Source of the DNA: Microbotryum violaceum
Taxonomy: Eukaryota
Length of the DNA stretch: 64,000 bases
Reading direction: 5' to 3'
Assembly (NCBI GenBank): GCA_001244265.2
Contig: CDLV01000005.1
Coordinates: forward strand, 2,976,001 to 3,040,000
Shown: one piece after another, positions 41,610 to 54,717 of the stretch
Layout of the letters: each line of letters begins with the position of its first letter
Numbering within the stretch: the stretch's first letter is position 1
Made by a program: the position numbers and the translations under genes
Notes under the pieces: model-generated
What the model saw: the letters and a program-made list of their open reading frames with translations, nothing else
What the model was told of the DNA's origin: nothing
The model's database searches: none

Positions 41610-41885
41610 AAATGAGATCTCGCGGGGAATTGCGCTCTTGGCTCACGTGATCTCACCCGGGTTCTCGCCTGTCGCACGTGATTACGTCTTGATCACATGA
41701 TCTCTCTAGGCTTACATCAGCTCACTTGGTCACATGGTCTCGCTTCGGGTACATCTGCTGGGTTTTCTACACGTGATCTCCCCTGGTCCATGTGATCTTG
41801 CCCGGTCCAGGAGATCTTGCCTGGTTCACGTGATCTGGCTCGGTCACATGATTCCGTTTGGCTTACGTCATCTCGCTTGATGCAC
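41610..41885. repeat. Degenerate tandem array (about 21-bp period) with CAC(G/A)TGATCT cores
   Basis: About a dozen CACGTGA/CACATGA-like cores at regular spacing. Confidence 0.7.
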
Positions 41886-41889
41886 GTTA

Positions 41890-42496
41890 TGGGTTATGGG
41901 CCGTCGATAAAAGATGATATGAAGAGATAAAAGAAAAGATGGGACTGACCGAAGACGAGGGAGATGAGAGAGCGACCGGAACGGCCGGGAGACAGAGAAG
42001 GAAAAGGGGAGGGGCAGAACTGAGAAACGAGACCGAGTACGAGAACGAAACGCCGAGACTGGAGACTGGAGACGACACCGAACGAGACTTGAAACACGCA
42101 GAAAGTGAGAGCCGGGCAAGATTCCGTATTGGATCCTGGAAGTGGTCTAGCTAAGAACAAGAAGCAAACGCCCTCAAACGTCCCAACCGTTCGAACCGCT
42201 GCACTCCTTTCATTCTCCTTCACCCCTTCATCCGCGCATCCGGCCCGGTCTTCCATTCGAATCCTGCCACATGATTCGTCGCTGACAGTCAATCCTTGAG
42301 TCATCGAAGTACTGAGACTACTCGGGGCCGCTTTATCGCTGAATAATCTGCCAAAACCGGTGTTTTGATCCTGGCCGAACCGGTGGTGACCTTGACAATT
42401 TGGAACAACTCCGGAACTCGGCCCCGTTACAACCGAAATGACTCCTGAACCCGGCTCGCTACAGCCGCTGATTCCGACGGGATCCCGAGTACCACA
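41890..42496 (-). repeat. LTR-like repeat, inverted copy of 43932-44564
   Basis: About 600-bp reverse-complement match beginning TGTGGTACTCGGGA. Confidence 0.8.
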
Positions 42497-42694
42497 ACAT
42501 GACTTCGTGTTCTTTTTATTCTATCCTGTGTATAAAAAGTGTCCAGTGTGATAGATTGCTTCTCTTTCTCTTTCTCTTTTCTGCAACTTGAATCTCGACT
42601 CAGATCACACCATTGCTCTTGCCCTTTTCCTGGCCTTTATTGGAAGTCCTTGGAACACCTTTGACTCAGCCTTCGTCTTTCGCCCTTCTCTGCG

Positions 42695-43528
42695 TGATAG
42701 TCACCCGATCAAGAACGTATCCATCATCGCCAGTGTGAGGATGCACCCTCACGCCATACTGCCCAACATCATAGCAACCCCCCCCCCCCCCTGAAATGGG
42801 ACCCCGGAACGGGCCCGATTTGAAATCCCGCATCCGATTTGAAATGCACTTGAAATCGGTAGAGCGATTTGAAATGCATTTCAAATCGGCGCAGCGAGTC
42901 CGAATGTGCTTCAACTCGCTGTGGGATCGCGCGCCGCGATTTGAAACACATTTCAAATCGCTGTGCCGATTTCAAATGCATTTCAAATCGGATGCGGGAT
43001 TTCAAATCGGGGCCCGATCCCGGGATCATCCCGGGATCCGAGTCGTCCCATTTCAGGTTGTTGTTGTTTTTGCTATGATCCATAAACTCTACCTCCGTCA
43101 TACAATTCCTTCCGTCGCCTCTGTATATGGTTCGCAGGATCATTGATGTTACCTCCGACACCTCGGTCTTATACCTCATGTTACCAGCAAGCCTGGCGTC
43201 TATCCAATCCATGCCCTCGTACCAGGATACACTGGAGCTAGCGGGCTTGCCATCACTGCACCACGGAACCCTGTCAGATGCAAATTAGTAGCTCCAGTGT
43301 ATCCTAGTACGAGGGCATGGATAGATGCCAGGCTTGCCTGGCTACATGAGGTAGAGAACCGAGGTGTCGGAGGTAACATCAATGATCCTGCGAACCATAT
43401 ACAGAGGCGACGGGAGGGATTGTATGACGGATGTGGAGTTCATGGATGTTGCGCAGTATGGCGTGACTCGGAGAGTGGATCCTCACACTGGCGATGATGG
43501 ATACGCTGTTTATAGGGTGACCATGCGT
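42695..43528. repeat. Long hairpin: arms of about 240 bp (left arm interrupted by the MITE), loop about 43241-43287
   Basis: 43078-43240 pairs with 43288-43447, and 42695-42769 pairs with about 43446-43528. Confidence 0.9.
42770..43077. mobile_element. 308-bp foldback MITE, CACTA/EnSpm-like (CATAGCAA...TTGCTATG, 2-bp TSD AT)
   Basis: Terminal inverted repeat, inner 13-bp inverted repeat CCTGAAATGGGAC, many GATTTGAAAT/ATTTCAAATC units; empty site seen in the right hairpin arm. Confidence 0.85.
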
Positions 43529-43803
43529 CGCCCGGACATGTTAGTGATGGTCTGTGGGCCAGTGCCAAGGAAAAGCAGATCTGTGATGATTATCGAGGAT
43601 AAGTTGAAAGTGACCCGGGTATATAGGAACTGCCCCAGACATGAGGGTCGTAATGCAACTCGAGAGTTACGCGTTTGAGTTGCATAATGACAATGACCTT
43701 ATGCTGGCGTATAGCAATCAGAGAGGTTGGGCGACTGCCGTGATGGTACACGCCAATGAGTCTGTCGCAGGTCTGCAATGGACAAGGTACAACAATGTGT
43801 GGT

Positions 43804-44564
43804 GTGGTACTCGGGATCCCGTCGGAGTCATTTCGGACATAGCGGGTCGGGTTCAGGAATCATTTCGGACATAGCGGGCCCCGTCAGGAGTCATTTCGGT
43901 TGTAGCGGGGTCGCGTCATTTTAGCGGGGTCTGTGGTACTCGGGATTCCGTCGGAAGCAGCGGTTGTAGGGGGTTCGGGTCATTTTAGCAGGGTCGAGTT
44001 CCCAAGTCGTTTCGAGGGCCGAGTCGGGAGTCGTGTCAATTCCCACTAGTCCGGGCAGGACCCAAACGCCGGTTTCGGCAGGATTCTCAGCAATTAAGCG
44101 GTCCCGGATAAGCTCAGCAATACGGTGACTCGAGGCTTGACTGTCAACAACGAACCATGTGGCGGGATTTGAATGGAAGACCGGGCCGGATGCGCGGATG
44201 AAGGGGTGAAGGGGAATGAAAGGAGCGCAGCGGTTTGAATGATCGGAACGTTTGAGGGGAGTTTGCTTCTTGTTTTTAGCTAGACCACTTCTAGGATCCA
44301 ATACAGCATCTTATCTGGTTCTCACTTTCTGCGTGTTTCAAGTCTCGTTCGGCCTCGTCTCCAGTCTCCAGTCTCGGCGTTTCGTTCTCGTTCTCGGTCT
44401 CGTTTCTCGGTTTGGGCCCCTCTCCCTTCCCTGTATCTCGGCCGTTCCGGTCGCTCTTGTCTCTCGTCTCTCTCGTCTCTCGTCTCCCTCGTCTTCGGTC
44501 TCAGTCCCATCGTTTCCCCTTATCATCCCATATCATCTTTGATCGACCGCTTTGCTATACCATA
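43804..44564 (+). repeat. LTR-like repeat with a duplicated 5' segment (TGTGGTACTCGGGA at 43804 and 43932)
   Basis: Inverted match to 41890-42496; ends ATACCATA, followed by TGGCAATGG (possible PBS). Confidence 0.7.
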
Positions 44565-45092
44565 GTGGCAATGGAGACTGGATGCGCCGAATGCCCAAAT
44601 CCAGCACGATCAACGCATGCACTGGCGCATCTCGGCGATTCGAAGATCCCACACCCTTTGCAAATGTGTGCATACTGACAAGCTTCCAAGGAAACTTCCC
44701 GCATACCAGCCTGGTTCGCTTATAATAGCATGTCGTCTATGAACACCAGTCTCACTTGGCAACGACTCGGAGCGACTCCCCGTCCGAATGTGCCTTACTG
44801 ATTTCCCCAAGTCGCCCAAACAACCCCCTAGGCAGATCAGAATTGAACCAGCTTTGTTACTTCACACCGGCGAGATGAATTGCGTTCTAGTTTGGATCCG
44901 CGTTTCCGATGAGGTCACTTCGAAATACGACTCATGCTGTTGATGACTTTGTCAAGTAAAGTCAAGATCAGCGTCTCAGTACGCCTAGGACGGTAGCGCG
45001 AAAGAGTGGTCTCGTAGGGTGAGAACATACGAAAACTCATCCCTTCACATTAATTAACTGTGACACGACCTCGAAAACATAAAATCTACCCA

Positions 45093-46028
45093 CTATGATG
45101 CCTCAGAATCGCTTGTCGACTTGCTGTACCCCCTGCTCATCCCAAAGACCTGCTCTGGACTCGGCAGCCAATCCTCCTGACTCGATCCCTGAGAGTCGAG
45201 CCGTTCTTCGTCTGGCATCGCATAGCTGGATTCGTCTTTATCTTTCATGATACGGTTCGAACGTTCTTGTCGAACCATCACCGTCTCCGAACTTTCGACT
45301 CGACGTGGCCTCTTGTAAGCTTCCCCCACAAACATCTCACGCTGCTTCTTCGCCCTCAATTCCCCACTCGAATCCGAGTCATTTCCCAAGCCGCTCCCCA
45401 TTTCCACCTCTGAATCTGGCGTCTTCTCCACTTTCATCTCCATTCCTCCTACTCGCTGATCCTGAACCTCTTCTTTCTCTTCCTCCTCCTCCTCCTCCTC
45501 CTTAAGCGCCACAGCAGGAGCTATAAAAGGTCTTTTCTTAACTCGTTCCATCTCATACTCCCTCTTCAAATCCCTCACCTCACCAACAACCCCTTCAACA
45601 CCTCTACTCTTCTCCATTTTAACGCGTCGTTCGCGAATTCGAGCGAGTAGGAGATCGTATGTGGATACACGAAGAAGGGAATCCGAATCCGAGTCAGAGT
45701 CGGAAAGGGTGTCTGGCGCGTGGTGCTCGGATGGGTTGAGTTGTAGTGATGGTGGTGGTGGTGAGGAAGTAGGAGGTGTAAGTGGAAGTGGGTAGGTTGG
45801 AGGAAGGAGAATTTGATCCTCTTCCTCGTCCTCGTTTTCAGAATCAGAGTTTGTAGAGTTTGAATCATAGCTTGAAGCGAGGGAATCTGAATCGCATGAG
45901 CTTGTACGACGTCGTCTTCTTCTTGAGATGAGGCTTCGACGCTTTGAGGTGCGAGGGATGGGTTGATCGATCTTGCGCGGTGGTTTGAAGGGCGTCATTA
46001 GAACTTCGTTGTTGGGTTTACTTCCCAT
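45093..46028 (-). CDS. Hypothetical low-complexity protein (about 311 aa, basic N-terminal patch)
   Basis: Long single-exon ORF from ATG 46028 with S/D/E/P-rich composition. Confidence 0.55.
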   Translation of the reverse strand: MGSKPNNEVLMTPFKPPRKIDQPIPRTSKRRSLISRRRRRRTSSCDSDSLASSYDSNSTNSDSENEDEEEDQILLPPTYPLPLTPPTSSPPPPSLQLNPSEHHAPDTLSDSDSDSDSLLRVSTYDLLLARIRERRVKMEKSRGVEGVVGEVRDLKREYEMERVKKRPFIAPAVALKEEEEEEEEKEEVQDQRVGGMEMKVEKTPDSEVEMGSGLGNDSDSSGELRAKKQREMFVGEAYKRPRRVESSETVMVRQERSNRIMKDKDESSYAMPDEERLDSQGSSQEDWLPSPEQVFGMSRGYSKSTSDSEAS

Positions 46029-46379
46029 TCCGGTACTTAAAAAGGGTGAGTGGAATGGAGTTCGGTACGACGTTTGCTCGAGTGGAGAAGAATGAGAAGG
46101 AAAGGAGACGAGTACGCCCGCCGTAATGCGCAGCACTTCGGTCGGTCGTACAAAGGGTCGGTTACCAAAGAACAAACGAGAACAAAAAACCTGGAGATTG
46201 TCCATGAATTACTTGGTTGTACTATACACAAAAAATCCGGAGCTGAAAGGAAAGACGAGGTATCAAAGTTTCACGAAATTCGAAAAAGCTGAAAACACGA
46301 AAAGAATGGCAGCATTAGGAATCGTGAAGCATTATTAGTCGTCCATTTGACGGAATCGAGGGGGAAACACCTGCGCGGT

Positions 46380-49300
46380 TCATTTCGTCGAGCGAGCTTG
46401 CGTCGCACCAGGGCCACCCCCTCGAGAGGCACGAGCAGGTTTTCGCGCAGAGGGCACCCCACCTTGGCTCGTTCGAGGGGAGCCTCGTAGTCCGGTACCG
46501 GTGTTAGAACGAGTGTGAACGACCTTGGTGGGGCCTCCGCCACCTACGATGCTGGAGAAGGTCTTGGCTGCCGTTGGACTCGGAGCTGGAGAGGATGTTA
46601 AAGTCGGCTTGGGTGCTGACGCAGGCGTAGAAGGGGTCTTTGAGACTGATGACGAAGCTCGGATCGGTTGAGCTCGTTCTTTGTGAGACGGAATTTTTTC
46701 TCCCAACTTTGTCGAGGTCATCTTACGAGATTGAACTGGACCAACACGAGGGTTCATCACGAAATCACTCCAGCTCCTTTTTGGCTCGTCCTCCGATTTC
46801 ATCGAAGGAGGGACGACCGGCGATGATCCTCCCATTTCTAATCCTTCGGAAGGTGTAAGTGAAGGACTGATCAGATGCGAGAGACCGGAGGGTGAGTCGG
46901 AGGGTGGAGTGGGTGGATGGTCTGCGGTACTCGACTCCCATGCCTTTTGGTGCTCGATGTGAGATCGACTAGTCCAAGTTCCGATGGGTGGAGTCGAGGA
47001 GCGATGGTTGCTGACGGTGTCACCGTCCGAGATAGACGATCCGAAACTTCGTTTCGCGAGGGTCGAGAACCCACTGCTGCCTGCCTCGTCCAGTGCTGGA
47101 AGAGGAGCTCGAGATTCCAAGTCATCCGTCTCTGGTGCGTCGACTTTAGAAGAACGTCTCATCAACCCCCTCCACACCGGATCGACCCCCTCCACACCCG
47201 TCAACAAATCCATACCCTCCCCCACCTCGACCAAAGTCTTGGCATAAAACGCCGAAGGCTCGAAATCAACTTTGATACTCGAACTCAAAGTGCTCGTACG
47301 TTCAAAGAACCAGGTTCCTAATCCACCTCGACCGGTCCATTCGACGGATTCGAGCGCAAGGGTCTTTTTGAGGAATCGACGCCAGTCTTTGGTCGAGGGA
47401 GCGTTGGTACCGAGCTGGTCGGGGAGGAGGGAAATTCGGGATGCCGTTGAGGAAACGGAGGAGCGACGACCTTGGTGCGCTCGGGGTGGAGTGAGCTGGG
47501 TCTCGGAAGAGGATCCGAACGGGAGCGGGCACACCGTTGAAGTGGGTGATTGGGAAGGTGAACGAGGATGTCCGGGAAATAGCGCGGGAACGTGTGCCGG
47601 GTCGATCGAGACGACAAAGTTCCGAAGTTGGTGCGCGACCGCGAAAGCGCTCGAGAGGCCGAGCTGCGCAGCAAGGGGAGCAGTTTTAGCGCAAAGTCAG
47701 TATCGGCTGTGAGTCTAACAAGGTCAGTAAACACTCACCAGGTTTCTGAGAGATTCATCATACATGACTTGTAGCGTTGTCAGATTCGTGCAAGCGCTCA
47801 ATACCTTCTTGAGCGCATGCCCATCAATCTGCCACAGATCGAGATTGAGGTCTTTCCAAGCGCGACCACGGCTGGCGATCGCATCGACGAATGCAGTGGG
47901 TAGGGGTCGGGGGGCCAGAACGGGGTCGATGGGATGAATCGAGGTCCAGTGCTGACCGGGGATCCGCACGACATCTTCAACTTTGCGCGAGATGATCAAA
48001 GATTGCAGCGAGGAGAACTCGAGTGCCATCGCGAGAGAGCTGAGGTGGTCCAACACCCACGATTTGTGCGGCGGCGAGGGAAGCTCGTGGTAGAGGAGGA
48101 CGAGCGTCTTGAGTGATTCGGGCAGAGGGGAGACCTTGCTCCAGGTTGATTTGGAGAGTCGTCCTGTGAGGTGTGAAAGACACTCAGTACTTTTACTCAG
48201 TGGATGTCGTCTGGTAATATCCCATGTGCTCACCCTCGACACAACACAGCTCCAGGCTCTCGAGTGTCGAGCATCCATCGAGGACGTCCCCCAGTCCGAC
48301 CTCGGTCAACTTGCTTCCGGGGAGGTTGTACAGCCGTAGCCGCTTGAGTCGAGGGACATGCTTTCCAACCTCGGCGAGGAGGGGATCATCAATATAGACG
48401 CTCTTGCCCAGCTCCAAGTGATCAAGAGCGGGGAGCGAGGGCAAAGCCGCGGCGAGTTCTTGTGCGCCGACTTGCGAAAGGAAAGAGAGCGCGAGGTGGG
48501 TGAGCGAGAGCGGAAGTGCCGAGAGCTCGGGAGCGTCCCATCGTTGGATCCGACCGGCGGACAAGTTGGTGGCGCTGGTCGAGACGGCTCGAGAGGGCGA
48601 GTTCGCGGTGGTGGGTGAAGTAGACGTCGGTTCACGACTGTCGATAGCTTCGGTGAGGTCAAACTTGAACGAGGTGAGCGATTTGGAGGACGCTCCGAGC
48701 GTCGAACAGAGCATCCGAGGTGGATGACAAGCTGCGGCCCATTCGAATGAGCTCAGCGATATTAACTTGGACACGAGGTGCAAAAGCGCGTCGTCATCGA
48801 TGGGTTGAAAACGCAAAGTAGAGGTGCTCAACTCGTCGCCGGGGGGGAGTCGCTGCAGGAGGAGGTTCTCCGGTGGCGCGGGGGCAGATTGGGAGGACGA
48901 GTTTGAGTTGTTGCCGATCGCACGGGACTCTACGGCGCTACTGGTGAGGCACTCTGCCCTGGTGACGTGTAGATGCCGAACCAGCTGAGGAACGGTGGCA
49001 TCTGTGTAGAGTGATGCGACCGACTTGATGTTCTGGACGTCGGCGGCTACCAAGTTGGTCGCCAGCTCGGACCCCTCGAGGGCGATCGAGTCGGCTCCAC
49101 CATGGGCACTGATCATCATTTGGGCGTGCAGGACCAGCATATCATCGTCAGGGAGCGTCAACGTTGACCAGAGCACCTTCTTCGTATGCTGAGCCAAGCG
49201 ACGGTTGCGCAAGTCGTACAGCAGCGTCCGAGCGAGACTGCGTTGCTGCTCGAGCGCGGCGTCGGTGCATGTCAATGGCTGAGTTGACGTCGACGCGCCG

Positions 49301-49416
49301 GGTCCGACTCGCAAGGCCAGCGCGAGCACGCGTTCGAGCAGAGTCGACGGCAGGTCGGACAGGTTCATCGAATTGCTCCGCCGAACGGGAGGCGGGGGAG
49401 CACTCTCGCTGGCCAT
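46380..49416 (-). CDS. Hypothetical RNI-like/LRR-type protein with a disordered C-terminus (2 introns)
   Basis: Three consecutive long ORFs joined by GT-AG introns; LxxLxL repeats, DWRRFLKK...LESVEWTGRGGLGTW. Confidence 0.75.
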
Positions 49417-50334
49417 CGTCAATGAGGTGAGGTGGGAGAGCTGCTGTAGGTGAGTTGGTAAGAGGAGGGAGGCAATGAGGGGTGATGTTCAGTCGAGAGA
49501 GATTGGCGCGCCGGTCCGCTTGCGACTGACTCCCCACCGAGCCCGTCCGAGCGCGACCGACGAGCCCTCGACGCGCGCGCCGAGAGACAGAAGAGGAGCT
49601 AAACGAGAGGCTATCCACTCAGGAGATCCCCTCGCCTCGGCTACCCCGCATGCGTGAGGTAATGGCCAGACCTCTTTTTTTGGTTAGGTTGATCGGTCGA
49701 ACGAGCTAGATTTCTAACAACTAGCTCGATTCTACTAACGGGGTTGTTGAGGCAGAGGCTAGTAATCGATGGATCGTTTGCCTCAAGCCCGCGTGTCAGA
49801 TTCGGCTCCCGAGCCACAGCAAGCTCTCAGCTTCAAGTTGTGGTGGCGACTGAACTCGGGAGCAGTGGTCAAGTTGCGATGAGTTGTGATCAAAGCAAGT
49901 TCAAACGCTAACGTCCGGGCACTATCGACTATTGCAGGGGAAAAACTTGCCGCTTCATGATGACTAATGGCGATTGCACAGGGCCGAATACCGCAGCTCA
50001 GCCCGATTCGTGGGCCTTTCGGGGCTCGGGCTGTGCCGACGTCACACCCGGAGTCTCTGGGCTCAGGCGCCCCTTGGCCTCTGGCAACGCTCGTTAGCGC
50101 CTCCGTCAGCCGTCAGCGGTCACTTGTGCCTATATCACCGCCATCGTCGAGGAATTGGACTTTACAGCATACTGTCAAGAAGCAAAACAGAGCTCCGACC
50201 AGCTAGCAGGACGTCCCCCGCACGCTCCGATCGGCCATCATCGTCATCCGTCCGTCCGAGCTCGTCGTTCGGCACAGTCACACGTCACTCCGAACGCCGT
50301 TCGCCAGGCTGCAAAGTAGACTCTACAGCGCATC

Positions 50335-52505
50335 ATGAGTTTTCTGTGGGGTCCTTCGGCGGGGCAATCCGAGTTTGATACATTGTTGGGTCAGTACATC
50401 CCTCCGGTATTATCCCCCACCCCACTCGAGTCATCTTGTCGCTTCGGCGAGCCATTTGCGGTTGTCATCAGAAGCATGTGACTGAAACCTCATCATTTTG
50501 CACGTTGTCACCAACAGAGAAAACGACCTCGGACCTACTCCCCTCCTCGACCCCTCCGGACCTCGTTGCATCGTTGCAACTAGCCGATCTAATCCGTTCC
50601 ACCGCCGTACCCCCCTTGGCCGCCAGTAAATCCATCTTTCGTCGTCTCCGTCACCCCAACCCCAACGTTCAATTACTGGCCCTCTCCGTTCTAGACATAT
50701 GCGTCAAGAACGGCGGTACACCTTTCCTCACCGCCGTAGCGGGCAAGGAATTCGCTAATGAACTTGAATCCTTGGCTAAAGGTAGTACGGGTAGTAATAA
50801 GGACGTCAAGGAAAAGGTTACCGCCAAGTTGCAGGATTGGGCTACGGCTTTTGTGGGGAAGGAGGGGTTGAAGGGGAGTGAATTGGTTAGGGTTTATGAG
50901 AGGATGAGCGCCGAGGGGTTCATTTTCCCGCCGAGGGATCCGACCGCTACGGCGGCGATGGTGGAATCCTTATCGGTCAGTCAGGGAGGAAGGCCTCTCA
51001 AAAGGGGGTGACAGATGCTCATACTTTTATCATTCCGCTTGTTCTATGCAGGCCCCGGACTGGAAGGACGCGGCGTATTGCACTCGGTGCCGAACCGATT
51101 TCACCACTTTTAATCGCAAGCACCACTGTCGCAACTGCGGCGACGTCTTTGACCAACAATGCTCCTCCAACGTCGCTCCTCTACCTCATTTCGGCATCAC
51201 CGAAGCCGTACGAGTGTGCGATGGGTGCGTGAAGAAGGTCAAGGAAGGAAAAGGCGCGAGCGTGCTAGCTCGAAGTACGAGTTTGGGCAGTGCGCAACGA
51301 CAAGCTGATCGACCTGGCTTGCCTGAACGGAGTTCGACCGTCGGACATGGATCAAGTCCGATTAGTGCACGACGGAGCGCTTCCGCGAGGGTAAAGGAGG
51401 ACGAAGACTTACAGCGCGCTATTGCGGCGAGTTTGCTCGAGTCGAACCCTTCTTCGTCGACTGGACCGGCGTTCGAATTGCGCAAGGACGTACCTGTTAA
51501 ATCGGGCTATACACATTCTTATGCGACGAATGCAATGGGGACTTCGTCGATACCGGTTAAGACGACGGGGTTGAAGGAGGAGGAGGATCCAGATTTGGCG
51601 GCGGCGATTGCTGCGTCGTTGAGGGACGTTGCGCCAGCTCCTTCGGCACCGACGTTCGATTCTCACCCTACACCACCGGCGGCGACCTATGCTTCGCTGT
51701 TCCCTAATCAGGCATACCAAACCAACGCTGCACCAACGCACGCGACTCGATATGCTCCCTTACCTTCCTACGATCTCTCCCCTACCGAATCCTCGACATT
51801 ACACACCTTCACTTCCGCACTTGCACAACCCCCACCTCAGCTAGGGTATCGCGAACGACAATTGTACGAACAAGCCAGTCTAGCCGCTCCGAGGTTGGAA
51901 AGAGGGCTCGAAGACGCGGAGAGAAGGAAGGAGATGTTGGTCGAGATGAACCTCAAGTTGGCCGAAGCGGCGAGAATGTATCAGGGTGCTTTGGAAAATG
52001 CTGCGAGAGGGTATTATCCACCACAGGGACAACAGGTGGGGTACGGTGCGACGGTGGGCACACAGCAGCAGCAACAACAGTATGCGGGCGCGGTGGCGCA
52101 GGCTTCGTCGGCGGCGGCGTCGATGCAGCAGCCGTTCCAGGATCCGAGATATGCTTATCAGCCTACTCCAATAGGACAGCCTTTACCCTACACTATCGCA
52201 TCCGCACCCCGACGCACGCCCACGCCCACGAACAGAGCTATGCTCCTCAACCGCAAACATATGCACAACCTCAACCTCATCCTCAGCAAAGCGTCGCATC
52301 CCCCGTCCCCGCTCCGATCCCAGCCCAAGCCCCAGTCCAAGCCCAACCTCAACCAGCAGGGTATTACAAGCCTTCGCAATTCCCTAGCGTACCCTCCGGC
52401 CCGCAGGCAATGCTGTTCCCCCATGTACCGCAGGAAGAACCCTGGACCAAGAGGGAGGAGCCATTGGTGGAGGAGCAGAAGGTCGGGGAGTTGATTGAGC
52501 TTTGA
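50335..52505 (+). CDS. VPS27: Vacuolar protein sorting protein 27 (VHS-FYVE-UIM, ESCRT-0); apparent 1-nt frameshift near 52200
   Basis: VHS (NPNVQLLALSVLDICVKNGG), FYVE (CTRC..FTTFNRKHHCRNCG...VRVCDGC), two UIMs (DEDLQRAIAASL, DPDLAAAIAASL), clathrin box LIEL* in the shifted frame. Confidence 0.95.
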
Positions 52506-52873
52506 GGGGGGAGGGAGTGATTTGGGATGACGAGCAGATGATTGTGATTACTTGCTTATTTGTTTTGTTTTGCATGTGATGTAAATTTTCAAGGACACTT
52601 TCCCGCTACTTTCCCGCTGATGGCCATCGAGTGAACAGAGCTCTTTTTTTCTTCACGAACCTTTCGAGGTGCAAGTCTGTGCGCAATCCGGAGGCGGCGA
52701 TCGGGCACTCGAACTCGATCCCGGTCGCTGTTCGATCTGCGCTGCGCGTGCGCGGTGCGCTCGATCGATCCACGCCCAGTCAGTCCACGCCATCTTCCCG
52801 CTTCTTCCATCCGCATTCTCACCGTCTTCACATCCCTCATCTTCAACCCCCGACCACGAATTCGATCGCAGTG

Positions 52874-54717
52874 ATGGACGCCTTGACTAACCTCGGATAC
52901 GACGCTTTAGATCGGTGAGTTTCGTACACGATACGATACGGCTGCAGGGTTATGAGGTGGATATACGAGGAGCTGACATGTGTGTGTGTATGTGATGTCA
53001 ACGCTCACCCGGGGAATAAATCAGCGGCGTATTGCCCGATGCGATCGTCAGGAGAGCGATTCGATACCTCTGTCGGCAACGATTACAAGAGTATGCACGC
53101 ACATAACCCCCTTCTCGAGATCGGGTTTGAGCAACAAACTGATTCCGGGCGTCGGGTAGGATTAAAGCGACCAACATGGAAGCGAGCGTAGAGGCAAAGT
53201 GGGCCTACATTCAAGGCTTGAAGCAGAATCAAGTCGCGATCGAAACCGAAAAGGCGAACGAGCAACACTACGAGGTACGTCCTCCCCTACAGCACAGCAA
53301 CCTTCGGGAAGTCAAGGCCGAACTGACTTCCCCCTCACCACCACCACCCTCGACGACAGGTTTCCACCGAGTTCATTCAATCCTGTCTCGGACCCAACAT
53401 GAAGTATTCTTGTTGTCTATACCCCACGGGTAAAGAAACGCTCGAAAAAGCGGAAGAGTTGATGCTGGAATCGTATTGCAATAAGGCCAAGTTGGAGGAT
53501 GGGATGGAAATCCTCGATTTGGGGTGTGGATGGGGTTCATTGAGTTTGTTTTTGGCCAAGGTCAGTTCAGCCAATGCGGGGTAGAGGTCGATTCAAAGTG
53601 AGGAGGAGACTAATGTTCTTGCATTTCGAGGTCGATTCAGAAATACCCCAACTCGACGATCACGGCCTTGAGCAACTCGGCGACCCAAAAAGTGCACATT
53701 GATAGCCAAGCCGCGTTGAGGGGCTTGAATAATTTGACCGTCTTCACCGGGGACCTCAAGGTGTTCAATGATTTTGCTGGGACGAGAAGGTAGGTCTTTT
53801 TGAGTTTTGCGGGATCGTGGCGGAGTGGGGAGCTGATCTTGGTATGCGCATGCTTTGGTGTTGGAAACAGCTTTGATCGCATCTTGTCGATCGAGATGTT
53901 TGAGCATATGAAGGTGAGTCAACGACAACGTTACGCCTGTTATGCACATATTGATGGAGACTCGATTCCGATACAGAACTACGAGCAGCTACTGAAAAAG
54001 GTTAGCTCGTGGCTCAAACCCAACGCCGAGGCCAAGACGGGCGAGGCGCTCCTTTTCGTCCACATCTTCTGCCATCGGGACACACCGTGAGCAAAACTGT
54101 AGCCCAGAATGCCACCATATTTGAAATGCTGACCCATGAATCGATCGGATGTGCTCAGGTACCACTTTGAAGAGAACGACGGGTGGATGTCGAAGAACTT
54201 CTTCTCTGGTAGGCCTCGGAATCCGCAGCTTGGAAGTACACAGCATTCTGAGTTGACGTTTCACTTGTCCGATTTGTTACAGGCGGAACGATGCCCTCGT
54301 TCGACTTGTTTACGCACTTCCAAACCGATCTGACGCTCGAGCGATCGTGGTGGATCAACGGCAAGCACTACGGACGGTGGGTCGAGGTTTTCTCACCGAA
54401 CGTTCGATTTCCACCTTGACGAAACGTCCGACTGACCTTCTCGCTATTCGAATCCCGTCCCATTCAGCACCTGCGAGGACTGGCTTAAATTGCAAGACTC
54501 GCACCGTTCGAAATGGTTCAACTCGTCCTCGCCTCGATTGGACGAACTCGTCACTGGACCGGCGGCGAAATCCGCTTCGAAGCAGGAGAGGAGTACGGAG
54601 GGATCCAAGTCGTTCTATAGATTTAGGGTGTTCTTTTTGGCGTGCGCCGAGTTCTTCGCGTTGGATGATGGCGAGAGTTGGGGGGTCGGGCATTATTTGT
54701 TCAAGAAGAGGGACTGA
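52874..54717 (+). CDS. SAM-dependent methyltransferase (cyclopropane-fatty-acyl synthase/coclaurine N-methyltransferase-like), multi-intron
   Basis: ANEQHYE, MKYSCCLY, ILDLGCGWGSLSL, FDRILSIEMFEHMK, LFVHIFCH, GWMSKNFFSGG, FRVFFLACAEFF...WGVGHYLF. Confidence 0.92.

Noticed and set aside
41891..41902. GGTTATGGGCC resembling a copia PBS
   Set aside because: Not followed by gag; lies at the end of an inverted LTR-like repeat
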